A stretch of DNA of 60,485 nucleotides from an uncultured Alistipes sp. (lineage in GTDB: Bacteria > Bacillota > Clostridia > Lachnospirales > Lachnospiraceae). A model generated the notes under the pieces. That model had not been told where the DNA came from and did not search any database. It worked only from the letters and a program-made list of their open reading frames with translations. Made by a program: the position numbers and the translations under genes. Location of the stretch: positions 1 through 60,485 of the forward strand of contig CAYOHM010000001.1 of assembly GCA_964403785.1 (NCBI GenBank). Direction: 5' to 3'. Position 1 is the first letter of the stretch, and the number at the start of each line of letters is the position of its first letter. Below are positions 1-9,839 of this stretch, in pieces.

Positions 1-82
1 CCTTAAAATTCCCCCACATAATAAGTAATATATTCCCCACCCACTTCATATATTGAATCAAATTAATGTGGAGATTACATAA

Positions 83-874
83 ATGCAGCAATTATTTTCC
101 CAATTAAAAGAGAAAATTCCAGACAAGCGTAAAGGCAGTATTCTCATTGTGTGCATATTACTGCTGCTGACTATCGCAATCTGCAATATACCTGCTATTC
201 TTAGCGTAAGCAGCAGTGTCGGCGGCCGCGAGCTTCCGATTTACTGCGTTCAGACTAACGAAAAAAAAATTGCTCTTTCATTTGATGCCGCATGGGGAAA
301 TGAGGATACACAAAATATTCTTGATATTCTTGAAAAACACAATGTTAAGGTGACTTTTTTTATGACCGGTGGCTGGGTTGAAAGTTTTCCGGAGGATGTT
401 AAGGCTATATATGCCGCAGGGCATGACCTCGGAAACCACAGTGAAAACCACAAGGATATGCCAACTCTCTCCGACAGCCAGCAGAAGGAGGAAATATTAA
501 AGGTTCATAATAAGGTAAAAGAGCTTACAGGATATGAAATGTTCCTGTTCCGCCCTCCATATGGTTCATACAACAACAACCTTGTCCTAAATGCTAAGGA
601 ATGTGGATATTACACTATTCAATGGGACGTAGATTCGCTCGACTGGAAAAATTATGGTATTGATTCCATTATCAAAACCGTAACCACGCATAAGCATCTC
701 GGAAACGGTTCCATTATTCTGTGTCATAACGGGGCACAATATACTGCACAGGCACTGGACACAATGATTACGAAGCTTAAGGAGCAGGGCTATGAACTGG
801 TCCCAATCTCACAGTTGATTTACCGTGACAATTATCATATGGACCATGAGGGACGACAGATTCCGACGGAGTGA
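83..874 (+). CDS. Polysaccharide deacetylase (NodB homology domain), PdaB-like sporulation deacetylase with N-terminal membrane anchor
   Basis: N-terminal hydrophobic segment. NodB motifs LSFDAAWGNED, VKVTFFMTGGW, GHDLGNHSENH, RPPYG and ILCHNG are present. Confidence 0.85.
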   Translation: MQQLFSQLKEKIPDKRKGSILIVCILLLLTIAICNIPAILSVSSSVGGRELPIYCVQTNEKKIALSFDAAWGNEDTQNILDILEKHNVKVTFFMTGGWVESFPEDVKAIYAAGHDLGNHSENHKDMPTLSDSQQKEEILKVHNKVKELTGYEMFLFRPPYGSYNNNLVLNAKECGYYTIQWDVDSLDWKNYGIDSIIKTVTTHKHLGNGSIILCHNGAQYTAQALDTMITKLKEQGYELVPISQLIYRDNYHMDHEGRQIPTE

Positions 875-889
875 AAGAACCTTTCACAA

Positions 890-930
890 TCAAAAAAGCA
901 GGTACGGGTATATCGCTTACCCATACCTGC
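890..930 (-). terminator. Rho-independent terminator after the NUDIX gene
   Basis: 13-bp stem with one mismatch, GCAGGTACGGGTA (898-910) pairing with TACCCATACCTGC (918-930). On the minus strand it is followed by TTTTTT (891-896). Confidence 0.6.
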
Positions 931-937
931 AAATACC

Positions 938-1744
938 TTATCTGCAGCCCGTATATTTATATAACTCCGGATTTTTTTCGCCAATGGACTTAACCTTACC
1001 TGCTATCTTCTCGTTAAAATCCGCTTTTTTTAATTTTCTGCCCAAAATCGCCTCATAAACCTTCTGAAGGTCGGAAAGTTTAAATTTTGAAGGCACAAGA
1101 TTAAATGCTATATCGGAATCTTCTATCTTTTTCCTCAATCTGAGCAGGCCCTTCAGAACAATCTCGGCGTGGTCAAAAGCCAATGCATCTTCACTCTCCA
1201 GAACCGGAACATATTTTACCAGCTTCACAACACCATTCTTGGAGGTTTCTTTTTTCAACGAGTACTTCATTGTGATATTGTGTTCCTCATTATAAAAAAC
1301 AAGCTCCTTTTGCGTAAGCTTTACATCAAACCAAAGTGCCTCCTTTGCGTCATCACCGGCAGTTACCTCTGCCACAGGCATCAGAGCGACATACGCAATA
1401 TCTATAACTCTCATTCTTGGATCTCTGTCCGGCTCGCTCATTGTATAGAGCTGCTCCATATACACATTCTTAAGGTCTGTTTCTTCCAACAGCTCCCTGC
1501 AGGCAGCGTCATCCGCAGATTCATTTATTTCAACAAATCCGCCCGCAAGTGCAAAACATTCAATAAAAGGATGATTCTTTCTCTGTATTAACAAAACCTT
1601 TAAATTATCCAGTGACTTATCCATACCAAAAATCAGCATATCAACCGTCACGGAAGGTCTGTCATAATCTCCGGGTCTGTAATTTGCCAAAAATTCTTTT
1701 TCGGTTAAACCATCCGCATTTCTCTTTTCACTACTTTGCATCAT
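938..1744 (-). CDS. NUDIX hydrolase with a C-terminal winged-helix-like domain (NrtR-like architecture)
   Basis: Nudix box GFVEINESADDAACRELLEETDL fits Gx5Ex7REUxEExGU except that the last G is D. About 90 aa of C-terminal extension resemble NrtR-type regulators. The 5' end overlaps the RND gene by 14 nt. Confidence 0.75.
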   Translation of the reverse strand: MMQSSEKRNADGLTEKEFLANYRPGDYDRPSVTVDMLIFGMDKSLDNLKVLLIQRKNHPFIECFALAGGFVEINESADDAACRELLEETDLKNVYMEQLYTMSEPDRDPRMRVIDIAYVALMPVAEVTAGDDAKEALWFDVKLTQKELVFYNEEHNITMKYSLKKETSKNGVVKLVKYVPVLESEDALAFDHAEIVLKGLLRLRKKIEDSDIAFNLVPSKFKLSDLQKVYEAILGRKLKKADFNEKIAGKVKSIGEKNPELYKYTGCR

Positions 1745-4700
1745 CGCTCTCCCCCTTTTCTCTCAACTGCTCCATATATTCGGCAGCATCATCCGGCATA
1801 TCGTCAAGATTATCCGAACCGACATCAATCTGAAGCGGTGCTCTCTTGAAAAGTATATCATACATAACCGGTATAATGAACAATGTCATAAGTGTTGCAT
1901 ATGCAAGACCGCCTGATATAACAAGCGCCATTCCCCTGCCCATCTGGCTGCCCATATCATCACCAAAGATAAGTGCTGCCATTGCCAAAATCGTTGTAAG
2001 TGCCGTCATAAGGATTGGGCGCATACGCGTCTTACCGGTCGCGATAAGCGCCTGCCTGCGTTCCATTCCTCCGATTCGAAGCTGGTTGGCATAATCAACA
2101 AACACAATGGCATTATTAACAACAGTACCCAGAAGAACTACAAAGCCCAGAAGTGACATCATCGAAAGCGGCTCACCCGTAAACCAGAGTGCCATAAAAC
2201 CTCCGGTGAATGCAAGCGGAATTGTGAAAAGTACTATAAACGGACTCAGCAGGCTTTGGAACTGTGCGACCATTACAAGATAAATAAAAGCCACACCCAA
2301 AAGCATTACAAGCACCATTTGTTCTACCATTTCATTTACCGTATCAACCTCACCGCCTATGTCAAAGTTGCAGCCCTGAGGAAGACTGTTTTCCTTGTAC
2401 TCCTCAAGCAAAGGTTCAAGCTGTCTTGTAAGAAGTGTTGTGTTATAGCCATCCTCAACTGCTGCCGTCACCGTAATGTATCTTGTCTGATTTTCACGAT
2501 TTATGGTTGTAACGCCTTCTTCTACCTGAAGCTGTGCAAAATCACTGAGCTTATAATCCTTAGTTACCGTATCACCGTCTTCATCCGTTTCACTTACCGC
2601 AAAGGTGCAATCCATAAGATTTTCATAGGTTACGGGCTGAGTGTTGTCCACCACCTCAATATCCATCTCAACACCATCAATCGTAACTGTAAGCGCTGTT
2701 GATGAGGTTGTCATTTTGGCTGAAAGCTCCTGATAAATCTGAGCGACTGTAAGTCCCTTGCTCATTGCTAAATCTTTATCAAGCACCACATGCAGCACAG
2801 GGTCACTTTCCTCCTGTCCGTTTGATATATCAGTATAACCCTCAACCTGTGAAACAATTTCCATAACCTCTTCACTTGTTTCACGCAGTTCATCAAGATC
2901 GGAGCCGTAAATATTGATTGAAAGACCGCTGCCAAGCATACTTGACATTTCCGACATACCTGTTGATATTGAAAAACAGTTCTCAGGATCATCAAGTACC
3001 TCTGCCGCTGCCTTATTCATTTCCGCTACTATGTTATTAACAACACCGCTGCCCGCATTTTCATCCTCCGTGAGCAACATAATCGTATAAGTCAGGTAAT
3101 TATCATCGGATGTACCCGCCGTTGATGTAATAAGACTTTCCGAGCCGCCCGACATTACGCCGACGGAGCCCACACCATCAATAGCTGCAAATTTTTCAAT
3201 AAGCTCGTCAGTTAATGCATATGCCTCCTCCCTGGTTGTATCCTCAGGATACTCTAAGGCTGCCTCAATCTGGTTGCTCGTCATATCAGGAATAAGCACT
3301 ATTCCCATTCTGACTACCTGCCATATACTTAATATAAGAAGTCCTACCGCTATTGCCAGTGGTATTATTTTGACTTTTAGGCAAAATGAAAGAATTCCGC
3401 CATATATCTCCTGAATCTTATCAAACCACGGATGCTGCTTAGCTTTGGAGCTGCGAAGCAGTGTGGAGCCTGCAGCCGGCACTACCGTCATTGCTATAAG
3501 AAGCGATGCCATCAGACAGAAGATAATCGTAATACACATAGGGAGCATTAATTCCCTTACTATACCAGTTGTATAGACCATTGGAAAGAATACACATACC
3601 GTGGTCAGCGTTGATGCAATAATAGCTCCGCTTACCTGTTTTGTACCTGCAACTGCTGCTCTTGCTGCTCCCACTCCCCTGCTGCGGAGTCGGTATATGT
3701 TCTCGATAACTACAATGGAATTATCTACCAGCATACCGATACCAAGCGACAGACCTGATAATGACATCATATTAAGCGATATACCCGAAAAATACATCGC
3801 AATAAGCGCCGTAAGCACCGATAGAGGAATACTGACGGCAACCACAATCGTAGGAAGCACATCCTTTAAAAATATTGCAAGAATGATAATAGCGAGCACT
3901 GCACCAAGAATCATACTCTGAAGTACGCTGTCTACAATAATATTGATGTAATCGCCCTGGTCCATCATCACAAGTATCTTAAGACCCTCATACTTATCCT
4001 CAAGATTTTGGATTGCGCTCTTGCAAGTCTTTGAAACATCATTTGTTCCCGCAGTACTGCTCTTGAATACTGAGAGTATTACTGCCTGTTCACCATTTAA
4101 TCTGGCATAGGACTCACCTGAATTATCTATGACCGTTACATTAGCTACATCGCTAAGTCTTATATCACCAATATCGTCAATGTGGCAGAGAACAATTCCC
4201 GAAAGCTCATCAACACTTTCGTAATTATCGCCCACCTTAACAAGCCATGAATTATCCTCCTCATCATCCACATAACCTGCCGGCATTGAGAAATTCTGTG
4301 CATAGATAAGTGAAGAAAGTGTAGAAAGCGAAAGGAGCTGATCTGCATTAGCGCTGCGCAGAGCTTCAACCTTAGCCTTCTCATACTGCTTTACTCCATC
4401 ATTATAGCTTTCCCAGCCGTCATCAAGCTGTTCCTGACCCTCCTTTAAAGAATCCCAGCCTGAATCAATCTGTTCCTGTGCCGTATCCATTGATTCCTCT
4501 GCTGACTCAAGCTGTGCCTTGGCAGACTCAATTGATGCCTCTCCTGAAGCTATCTGGGCATTTGCAGATCCAAACTGGGCTGCTGCCTGAAGCTTTGCAG
4601 TTTCTAAGCTGGTATAATCAATACCGGTGGCTTCAAGCTGCTGCTTATATTGCGCAATAATTGATTCTGTCACCTGAATCTCTATTTTAAGTGCGGCGAG

Positions 4701-5720
4701 CTCACTCTCATACTGTTCAAGCATCTTCTCTGAAGCAGAGTACAAAGGAGAGGAGATATCCTCCGGAAGACTTTCTTTTATCTGGGCTATTGCAGCTTCA
4801 ATTGCCGCCTGCTGTGACTGCTGGCTTGTAAGCTGTGTTTCATATGAAGAAAGCTGGTCAAGTGCCTGTGACACCTGTGCGAGCTGATTATAGGTATCCG
4901 TTTCAGTCTTATTCAGCTCTTCTTTTTGCTGAGCAAGAGCATCCTTCGAATCACCCCATGTCATCCAGCTTTCAAAAATCTCCTGACGCCCGTCATCCAG
5001 CTCCTTTTGCCCGTCTATAAGCTCCTGCTTGCTGTCATTAAGTTGCTTTTGGGAGTCCTCAAGAGTCTTTTTGGCATCCTCCAAATCCTCCAGTGCATCA
5101 GCCAGCTCATCATTGGCTTTAGCCAGTATCCTGTCATTTAATGCATCGACTTTATTTGCATCAAGCTCCACCTGAATTGACTTTTCAATAAGACCAAGTG
5201 AGGAAACACTTGCCACGCCGTCCTGACGTTCAAGCTGCGGTGTTACATAATCCTCAACAAAAGCAGAAAGCTCCTCAATATCCATTCCTTCATATGCGAC
5301 TGCCAAATACTGCGTAGCCATCATATCCGTACTGATTTCCATAATCGAAGGAGTACCGCACTCTGTCGGAAGGTAATCCTCTATTGAATCTATCGCGCCT
5401 GAAACACGAACCATTGCGCTGTCCATATCCGTGTCATCCTGAAATTCAAGCTCGATAAGTCCGTAATTTTCATTTGCTACCGAATATACATTCTGAACAC
5501 CCGAAACTGTGCCGAGCGCCTCCTCCATCGGCTCGCAGACCTGACTTTCAACCTTCTGCGGGCTGGCTCCCGGGTAGGTTACTATCACAATAAGATACGG
5601 CATACTGATGTCGGGCAGAAGGTCCAGCTTCATTTTGCCCAAACTGACAAAGCCGAGCAGTAACATTACGATAACCATTACAAGAACTGTAAATGGCTTT
5701 TTTACACTAAATTTTGACAT
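1731..5720 (-). CDS. RND superfamily efflux permease (AcrB/ACR_tran family) with a roughly 270-aa coiled-coil insertion
   Basis: N-terminus KKPFTVLVMVIVMLLLGF...LLPDISMPYLIVIVTYPGASPQKVE is typical of AcrB, and the protein has 12-TM topology with two large loops. It is 1329 aa against about 1030-1065 aa for typical members. The extra length is the Q/E/L-rich segment at aa ~196-468. GGGGGAG lies upstream of the ATG at 5720. Confidence 0.9.
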   Translation of the reverse strand: MSKFSVKKPFTVLVMVIVMLLLGFVSLGKMKLDLLPDISMPYLIVIVTYPGASPQKVESQVCEPMEEALGTVSGVQNVYSVANENYGLIELEFQDDTDMDSAMVRVSGAIDSIEDYLPTECGTPSIMEISTDMMATQYLAVAYEGMDIEELSAFVEDYVTPQLERQDGVASVSSLGLIEKSIQVELDANKVDALNDRILAKANDELADALEDLEDAKKTLEDSQKQLNDSKQELIDGQKELDDGRQEIFESWMTWGDSKDALAQQKEELNKTETDTYNQLAQVSQALDQLSSYETQLTSQQSQQAAIEAAIAQIKESLPEDISSPLYSASEKMLEQYESELAALKIEIQVTESIIAQYKQQLEATGIDYTSLETAKLQAAAQFGSANAQIASGEASIESAKAQLESAEESMDTAQEQIDSGWDSLKEGQEQLDDGWESYNDGVKQYEKAKVEALRSANADQLLSLSTLSSLIYAQNFSMPAGYVDDEEDNSWLVKVGDNYESVDELSGIVLCHIDDIGDIRLSDVANVTVIDNSGESYARLNGEQAVILSVFKSSTAGTNDVSKTCKSAIQNLEDKYEGLKILVMMDQGDYINIIVDSVLQSMILGAVLAIIILAIFLKDVLPTIVVAVSIPLSVLTALIAMYFSGISLNMMSLSGLSLGIGMLVDNSIVVIENIYRLRSRGVGAARAAVAGTKQVSGAIIASTLTTVCVFFPMVYTTGIVRELMLPMCITIIFCLMASLLIAMTVVPAAGSTLLRSSKAKQHPWFDKIQEIYGGILSFCLKVKIIPLAIAVGLLILSIWQVVRMGIVLIPDMTSNQIEAALEYPEDTTREEAYALTDELIEKFAAIDGVGSVGVMSGGSESLITSTAGTSDDNYLTYTIMLLTEDENAGSGVVNNIVAEMNKAAAEVLDDPENCFSISTGMSEMSSMLGSGLSINIYGSDLDELRETSEEVMEIVSQVEGYTDISNGQEESDPVLHVVLDKDLAMSKGLTVAQIYQELSAKMTTSSTALTVTIDGVEMDIEVVDNTQPVTYENLMDCTFAVSETDEDGDTVTKDYKLSDFAQLQVEEGVTTINRENQTRYITVTAAVEDGYNTTLLTRQLEPLLEEYKENSLPQGCNFDIGGEVDTVNEMVEQMVLVMLLGVAFIYLVMVAQFQSLLSPFIVLFTIPLAFTGGFMALWFTGEPLSMMSLLGFVVLLGTVVNNAIVFVDYANQLRIGGMERRQALIATGKTRMRPILMTALTTILAMAALIFGDDMGSQMGRGMALVISGGLAYATLMTLFIIPVMYDILFKRAPLQIDVGSDNLDDMPDDAAEYMEQLREKGESDDAK

Positions 5721-5741
5721 TATACTTACTCCCCCAATATA

Positions 5742-7397
5742 TTACGCATTCTTTACCGTACTACGGGTTTTGGCCTCCTCAAGCGCAAATGCAATATTAA
5801 TTGCGTGGTCACCAACTCTCTCAAGCCCCGAAACGACATCAGAAAAATAAATTCCTGCCTGTGCACTGCATTTACCCTGATTAAGTCGGTAAATATGTGC
5901 ATTCTGAAGATTTCTTTCCATCTGGTCAATCTTATCCTCAAGCTCATTAATTTCCTGCATCCTTGCGGTATTTCCGGTGACAAACATATCAAGCGATTCA
6001 TCCAGAATCGTATTAATAAGCTCCATCATCTCAGCGAGCTCCTTCTTACTGCTTTCGGACATCTGAATCTCATTCTCATACATCTGAGGAATTATTTCTG
6101 CGATGCTGTCGGCGTGGTCACCGATACGCTCAATATCATTTACTACATGAAAATATGCAGCGAGCAGATTAGAATCGGCGATAGGAAGTGTATTCTGATT
6201 AATCTTTACAAGGTAATCACTTATCTGCTCGTCAAGAAAATCTATGTATTTCTCCATTTCAAATACCTTCTTGCTCTTCTCCTCATTATTTTCAAGAAGA
6301 CATTCAACCGCAAGATTAAGGTTATCAACTGCCATTTTAGCCATACGCTCCATTTCCTGAACCGCCAGATACATTGCAACCGCCGGATTTGGAAGGCTGT
6401 GACCCGTTGTAATATATCTTAATGAGAAGTTGTTATCAGAACCAACCGTATCCTCTCCCGGAACAAGTACAAATGTAAGCTTTATAATAAGGTCCATAAA
6501 AGGATAGAACACTATTACCTGGAATACCTTAAATAAAAAGTGCGTAAGAGCTACATTACGTCCTAAATCCGAGGTGTGACCCGCACATATTCTTACTATA
6601 TTCTCAATTATATCTCCAAATAACATAAGGAGTATAAACATTAATATTGTACCGAAAACATTGAATAATAAATGAATGAGAGCAGCTCTCTTGGCGTTCT
6701 TGCTGTTTCCGATTGCTGCAAGTACTGCTGAGGTGCAGGCACCGATATTACAGCCCAAAATAACAAACATACAAGCTCTCAAATCGACAAGTCCCTGTGA
6801 AGCCATAACAACCAGTATACTGACAGTTACTGAGGAACTCTGAACCACTGACGTAATTACAAGTCCGAGAATTAATGCAAGCAGCGGATTTGTGAAATTA
6901 GCGAGGAAATTAATAACCGCCTGATTATCACTTAGCGTTCCCATTGCTGAGGACATACTGCTGATGCCCACAAAAAGTACGCCGAAACCCATAACCACAT
7001 CACCGTATTTACGGACTTTATTGTTTTTGAAGAAATTAATCATTATCGCACCGGCAAACACAAAAACCGGAGCAATCGAACTAAGCTTAAAGGATACAAG
7101 AAGTGCCGTTACTGTTGTACCGATATTAGCACCCAGTATGATTCCGCAGGCTTCTGTAAGCTTCATAAGTCCTGAATTAACAAAATTTACAACCATTACG
7201 GTCGCCGCACTCGATGACTGAATGACCGCCGTAAAAAAACAGCCCACCAAAAGTCCGAGGAACTTATTCTTGGTAAAAGCTTCAAGTATTTTACGCAGCC
7301 TATTACCGGCAACCTTCTCGATACCCCGACCCATAAGATTCATTCCGTAAATAAACAAACCAAGGCCGCCCATCAACTCAATCGCAACAAGACCCAT
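5742..7397 (-). CDS. Na/Pi cotransporter family protein with C-terminal PhoU-like repeats
   Basis: N-terminal polytopic NptA-like half (QSSSATVMVV and QSSSVTVSILV repeats). C-terminal helical half carries two PhoU-type motifs, NDIERIGDHA and SGLERVGDHA. Confidence 0.88.
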   Translation of the reverse strand: MGLVAIELMGGLGLFIYGMNLMGRGIEKVAGNRLRKILEAFTKNKFLGLLVGCFFTAVIQSSSAATVMVVNFVNSGLMKLTEACGIILGANIGTTVTALLVSFKLSSIAPVFVFAGAIMINFFKNNKVRKYGDVVMGFGVLFVGISSMSSAMGTLSDNQAVINFLANFTNPLLALILGLVITSVVQSSSVTVSILVVMASQGLVDLRACMFVILGCNIGACTSAVLAAIGNSKNAKRAALIHLLFNVFGTILMFILLMLFGDIIENIVRICAGHTSDLGRNVALTHFLFKVFQVIVFYPFMDLIIKLTFVLVPGEDTVGSDNNFSLRYITTGHSLPNPAVAMYLAVQEMERMAKMAVDNLNLAVECLLENNEEKSKKVFEMEKYIDFLDEQISDYLVKINQNTLPIADSNLLAAYFHVVNDIERIGDHADSIAEIIPQMYENEIQMSESSKKELAEMMELINTILDESLDMFVTGNTARMQEINELEDKIDQMERNLQNAHIYRLNQGKCSAQAGIYFSDVVSGLERVGDHAINIAFALEEAKTRSTVKNA

Positions 7398-7450
7398 ATT
7401 TTCTCTCCTGACACTTGTAAAATCTTCCTTTTTTTAATCACACGTGTAAT

Positions 7451-7480
7451 ATTATATTATATATGTGAAGATTTTGTAAA
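7451..7480 (-). promoter_or_regulatory. Candidate sigma-A promoter for the Na/Pi-RND-NUDIX unit
   Basis: Read on the minus strand: TTTACA (7475-7480), an 18-nt spacer, then TATAAT (7451-7456). It lies about 55 nt upstream of the ATG at 7397. Confidence 0.4.
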
Positions 7481-7486
7481 CTATTA

Positions 7487-8716
7487 TTAAAATTTTGACA
7501 TTTTTGTCTTATTCTTCATAATTGCGACTTCTTCGGCAGCAATCTCCTCATCACTGTATCTTGCCTTCTCATAAATATGTGTTATCTCTTGTGCATTTTC
7601 GTCCCAGCCGAGCTTATCCCTTGATATTTCCTGCGGAGAAGCTGTCCTGCTGATTTTTCCGTTCTTTTTGGTCCTGCTCTTTATTAATTTATAATATATT
7701 CTTCTTATCTTGCGGTCATTACCCTTAACTGTGTCAAAAACTCCTGTCCTATTAACAATTTCCGCGGCATCCTTTGACAAAACCGGTTTTATAAACTCTT
7801 TAACATCCGCGCCAGTGCTTTTATAATATTTAAAGCTTAAGACTGCCTTAAAAAGTATAACTAGCATAAATACCAGAATTACAGCAGCAAATAAGCCTGC
7901 AGCAACATTAAGAATCACCGTTCCCTGTGACATTTCCATATCAATTCCTGCCAACGGTCCCTGTGCTGCCGACGCGTTTGTATGCTCGATTATCTTCGTT
8001 TCGATGTCGCTGCTGTTTTGCGGCAGCTTTATCTTAAAGATACTAAGCAGTCCCAGAAGAAGCTTCCACAGTATATTAAGAAATCCCCACATAATTCCCT
8101 CCAGCCTAAGGTATGGGATTACAGCCATCACAATAACGCAAATAAGAATAAATACCGTCATCATAACTGAATTTACACTTATTGACTGCTCTGCATTAAA
8201 GCTTTTTACTGAAGCATTTTCCGACACAAGCTTGTTAAGATTCGAAATATTGTACCAAATCATATATGCAATAATGTAGATAAGCGTTCCGTAAAAGGGT
8301 ACGGTTGTTGCACTCTCCGCACCTATGGTAAAGCCCAGAAGATAGCAGGCGAGCAGGATTCCCACATCCAGAAGTATAACCGGAGCTTCCTTACTCCTGT
8401 GAAGCGAATAATACATAAGCACAATTGCAGGTACGAATACAAGCACCTTATCCTCAAGAGCACCCTCAACAACAAATAACACCGACATCGCAGCCGCCAG
8501 ATGCAGGATGAGCGCCAGCCTGCCATTACCGATAAAGGTTTTGACCAGATAATACGCTATAACCACAACGCCAATATAAAGCGTATTAAAGGTCTGAAAC
8601 GTTTCATATCCCATAAATCCGTGCAAAATAAAATTAACTGCGCTTACCGCAACACAAATTTGCATAAAAAGCTGCAAAAAATTCAAAATAAAATTAAAAA
8701 ATACATTATTTTTCAT
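7487..8716 (-). CDS. Polytopic membrane protein with a C-terminal DUF4129-like cytoplasmic domain
   Basis: About 8 hydrophobic helices, then a tail (RKIRRIYYKLI...SPQEISRDKL...ITHIYEKARYSDEE) that resembles DUF4129. Its start overlaps the DUF58 stop by 11 nt. Confidence 0.6.
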   Translation of the reverse strand: MKNNVFFNFILNFLQLFMQICVAVSAVNFILHGFMGYETFQTFNTLYIGVVVIAYYLVKTFIGNGRLALILHLAAAMSVLFVVEGALEDKVLVFVPAIVLMYYSLHRSKEAPVILLDVGILLACYLLGFTIGAESATTVPFYGTLIYIIAYMIWYNISNLNKLVSENASVKSFNAEQSISVNSVMMTVFILICVIVMAVIPYLRLEGIMWGFLNILWKLLLGLLSIFKIKLPQNSSDIETKIIEHTNASAAQGPLAGIDMEMSQGTVILNVAAGLFAAVILVFMLVILFKAVLSFKYYKSTGADVKEFIKPVLSKDAAEIVNRTGVFDTVKGNDRKIRRIYYKLIKSRTKKNGKISRTASPQEISRDKLGWDENAQEITHIYEKARYSDEEIAAEEVAIMKNKTKMSKF

Positions 8717-9839
8717 TGACAGTCACCTTCCATGGAAATACGCTCACCGACGGGCAGCCGTTTAAATCAAAATCCTCTGTATAAGTATATGGCAAAATCC
8801 ACATTGCTCCATTTGTTCTGATTGCAAGCTCTTCCATTGCTTTTTGCAGCGCATCAGTCTTTACAACGGAAATAAGCACATATAATGTATTTTGGTCCGC
8901 TTTCAATGCCTCATCTCTTGCAATTTCAACAAAATTCCGTTTTGCAAGCTTAAGGTCTATTCGTGCAAGGCTGTTTAACACCGTGTCCATATGCTCCGGT
9001 GACACAGCACTGTCGACGCTTACCATCTGTTTTGAGCAAATGTCGCAGCCGTTGCTTATGATTCTGACACCAATACGGTTAGCAAGCAATTTCGCGCAAA
9101 GTCCTGCTGCCACCGAAATACACTCCTCCGGCATCAGGTCCGATTCCCAGTTAGTTTTGGCTTCAAGATTTAACAGAATACATATTTCCTGACTTGATGT
9201 GTAATCATGCATATTTACCTTAAAATCGCCTGTTTTTGCGGAAGCCTTCCAGTTAATCGAGCCATAGGTATCACCCGTTGTATAGTCCCGAATCCCGCGA
9301 AATTCAAAGGGGTCCTCATATAAATATCTTCTTGTAAGAAGCTCGCCCATAATCTTTTTAAACGGAATATCAAGCCTGTCCGAATCCGCCGGTGCGGGGA
9401 ATACCGTAAGCTCTGTATAAAGTGATATATGCTTTACATACTGTGTATCAAGAAAAAGATTGGAGGATACCTCATCCGCCTCGGTGATTGTATAAAATCC
9501 GCGCTTTGCACATTTAAAGCTTAATGTTCGTGTGATTTTCTGAAAGAACAGCAGTGAAAAGACGTCATTCTTGTAACATTGATCCGATACCGAAAAATCT
9601 TCATCAATATCCGTAAAATCAAGATTACGGCTGACAATAAATTTCAACTGCAGCATAAGAAGAGGCAGCACTTTGTTATTGGTGATTACCTCAACAAGAT
9701 TTACCGTTTCACCTTTTACTGCCTTGTTTTTTGAAAAATCTATGCTAACCTTTAGATTATTGCTCCAGAATTTTTCATAAATAAGATTCTGCAGCAAATA
9801 AACTGCTGCAGCACCCGCTAATATTATAAATAGAATCAT
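8706..9839 (-). CDS. DUF58 domain protein (vWA-like partner of MoxR ATPases)
   Basis: N-terminal TM helix and the DUF58 core FEFRGIRDYTTGDTYGSINWKASAKTGDFKVNMHDYT. There is a 4-nt overlap with the moxR-like gene. Confidence 0.85.
   Translation of the reverse strand: MILFIILAGAAAVYLLQNLIYEKFWSNNLKVSIDFSKNKAVKGETVNLVEVITNNKVLPLLMLQLKFIVSRNLDFTDIDEDFSVSDQCYKNDVFSLLFFQKITRTLSFKCAKRGFYTITEADEVSSNLFLDTQYVKHISLYTELTVFPAPADSDRLDIPFKKIMGELLTRRYLYEDPFEFRGIRDYTTGDTYGSINWKASAKTGDFKVNMHDYTSSQEICILLNLEAKTNWESDLMPEECISVAAGLCAKLLANRIGVRIISNGCDICSKQMVSVDSAVSPEHMDTVLNSLARIDLKLAKRNFVEIARDEALKADQNTLYVLISVVKTDALQKAMEELAIRTNGAMWILPYTYTEDFDLNGCPSVSVFPWKVTVNEK

Noticed and set aside
5805-6422. 205-aa plus-strand ORF, and similar antisense or alternative-frame ORFs at 15805-16407, 40276-40764, 14581-14961, 23108-23539, 58672-59121 and 38353-38679
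   Set aside because: Each sits inside or opposite a confidently assigned gene. They are Ile/Leu/Cys/Arg-rich AT-codon shadows without an RBS or recognisable domains.
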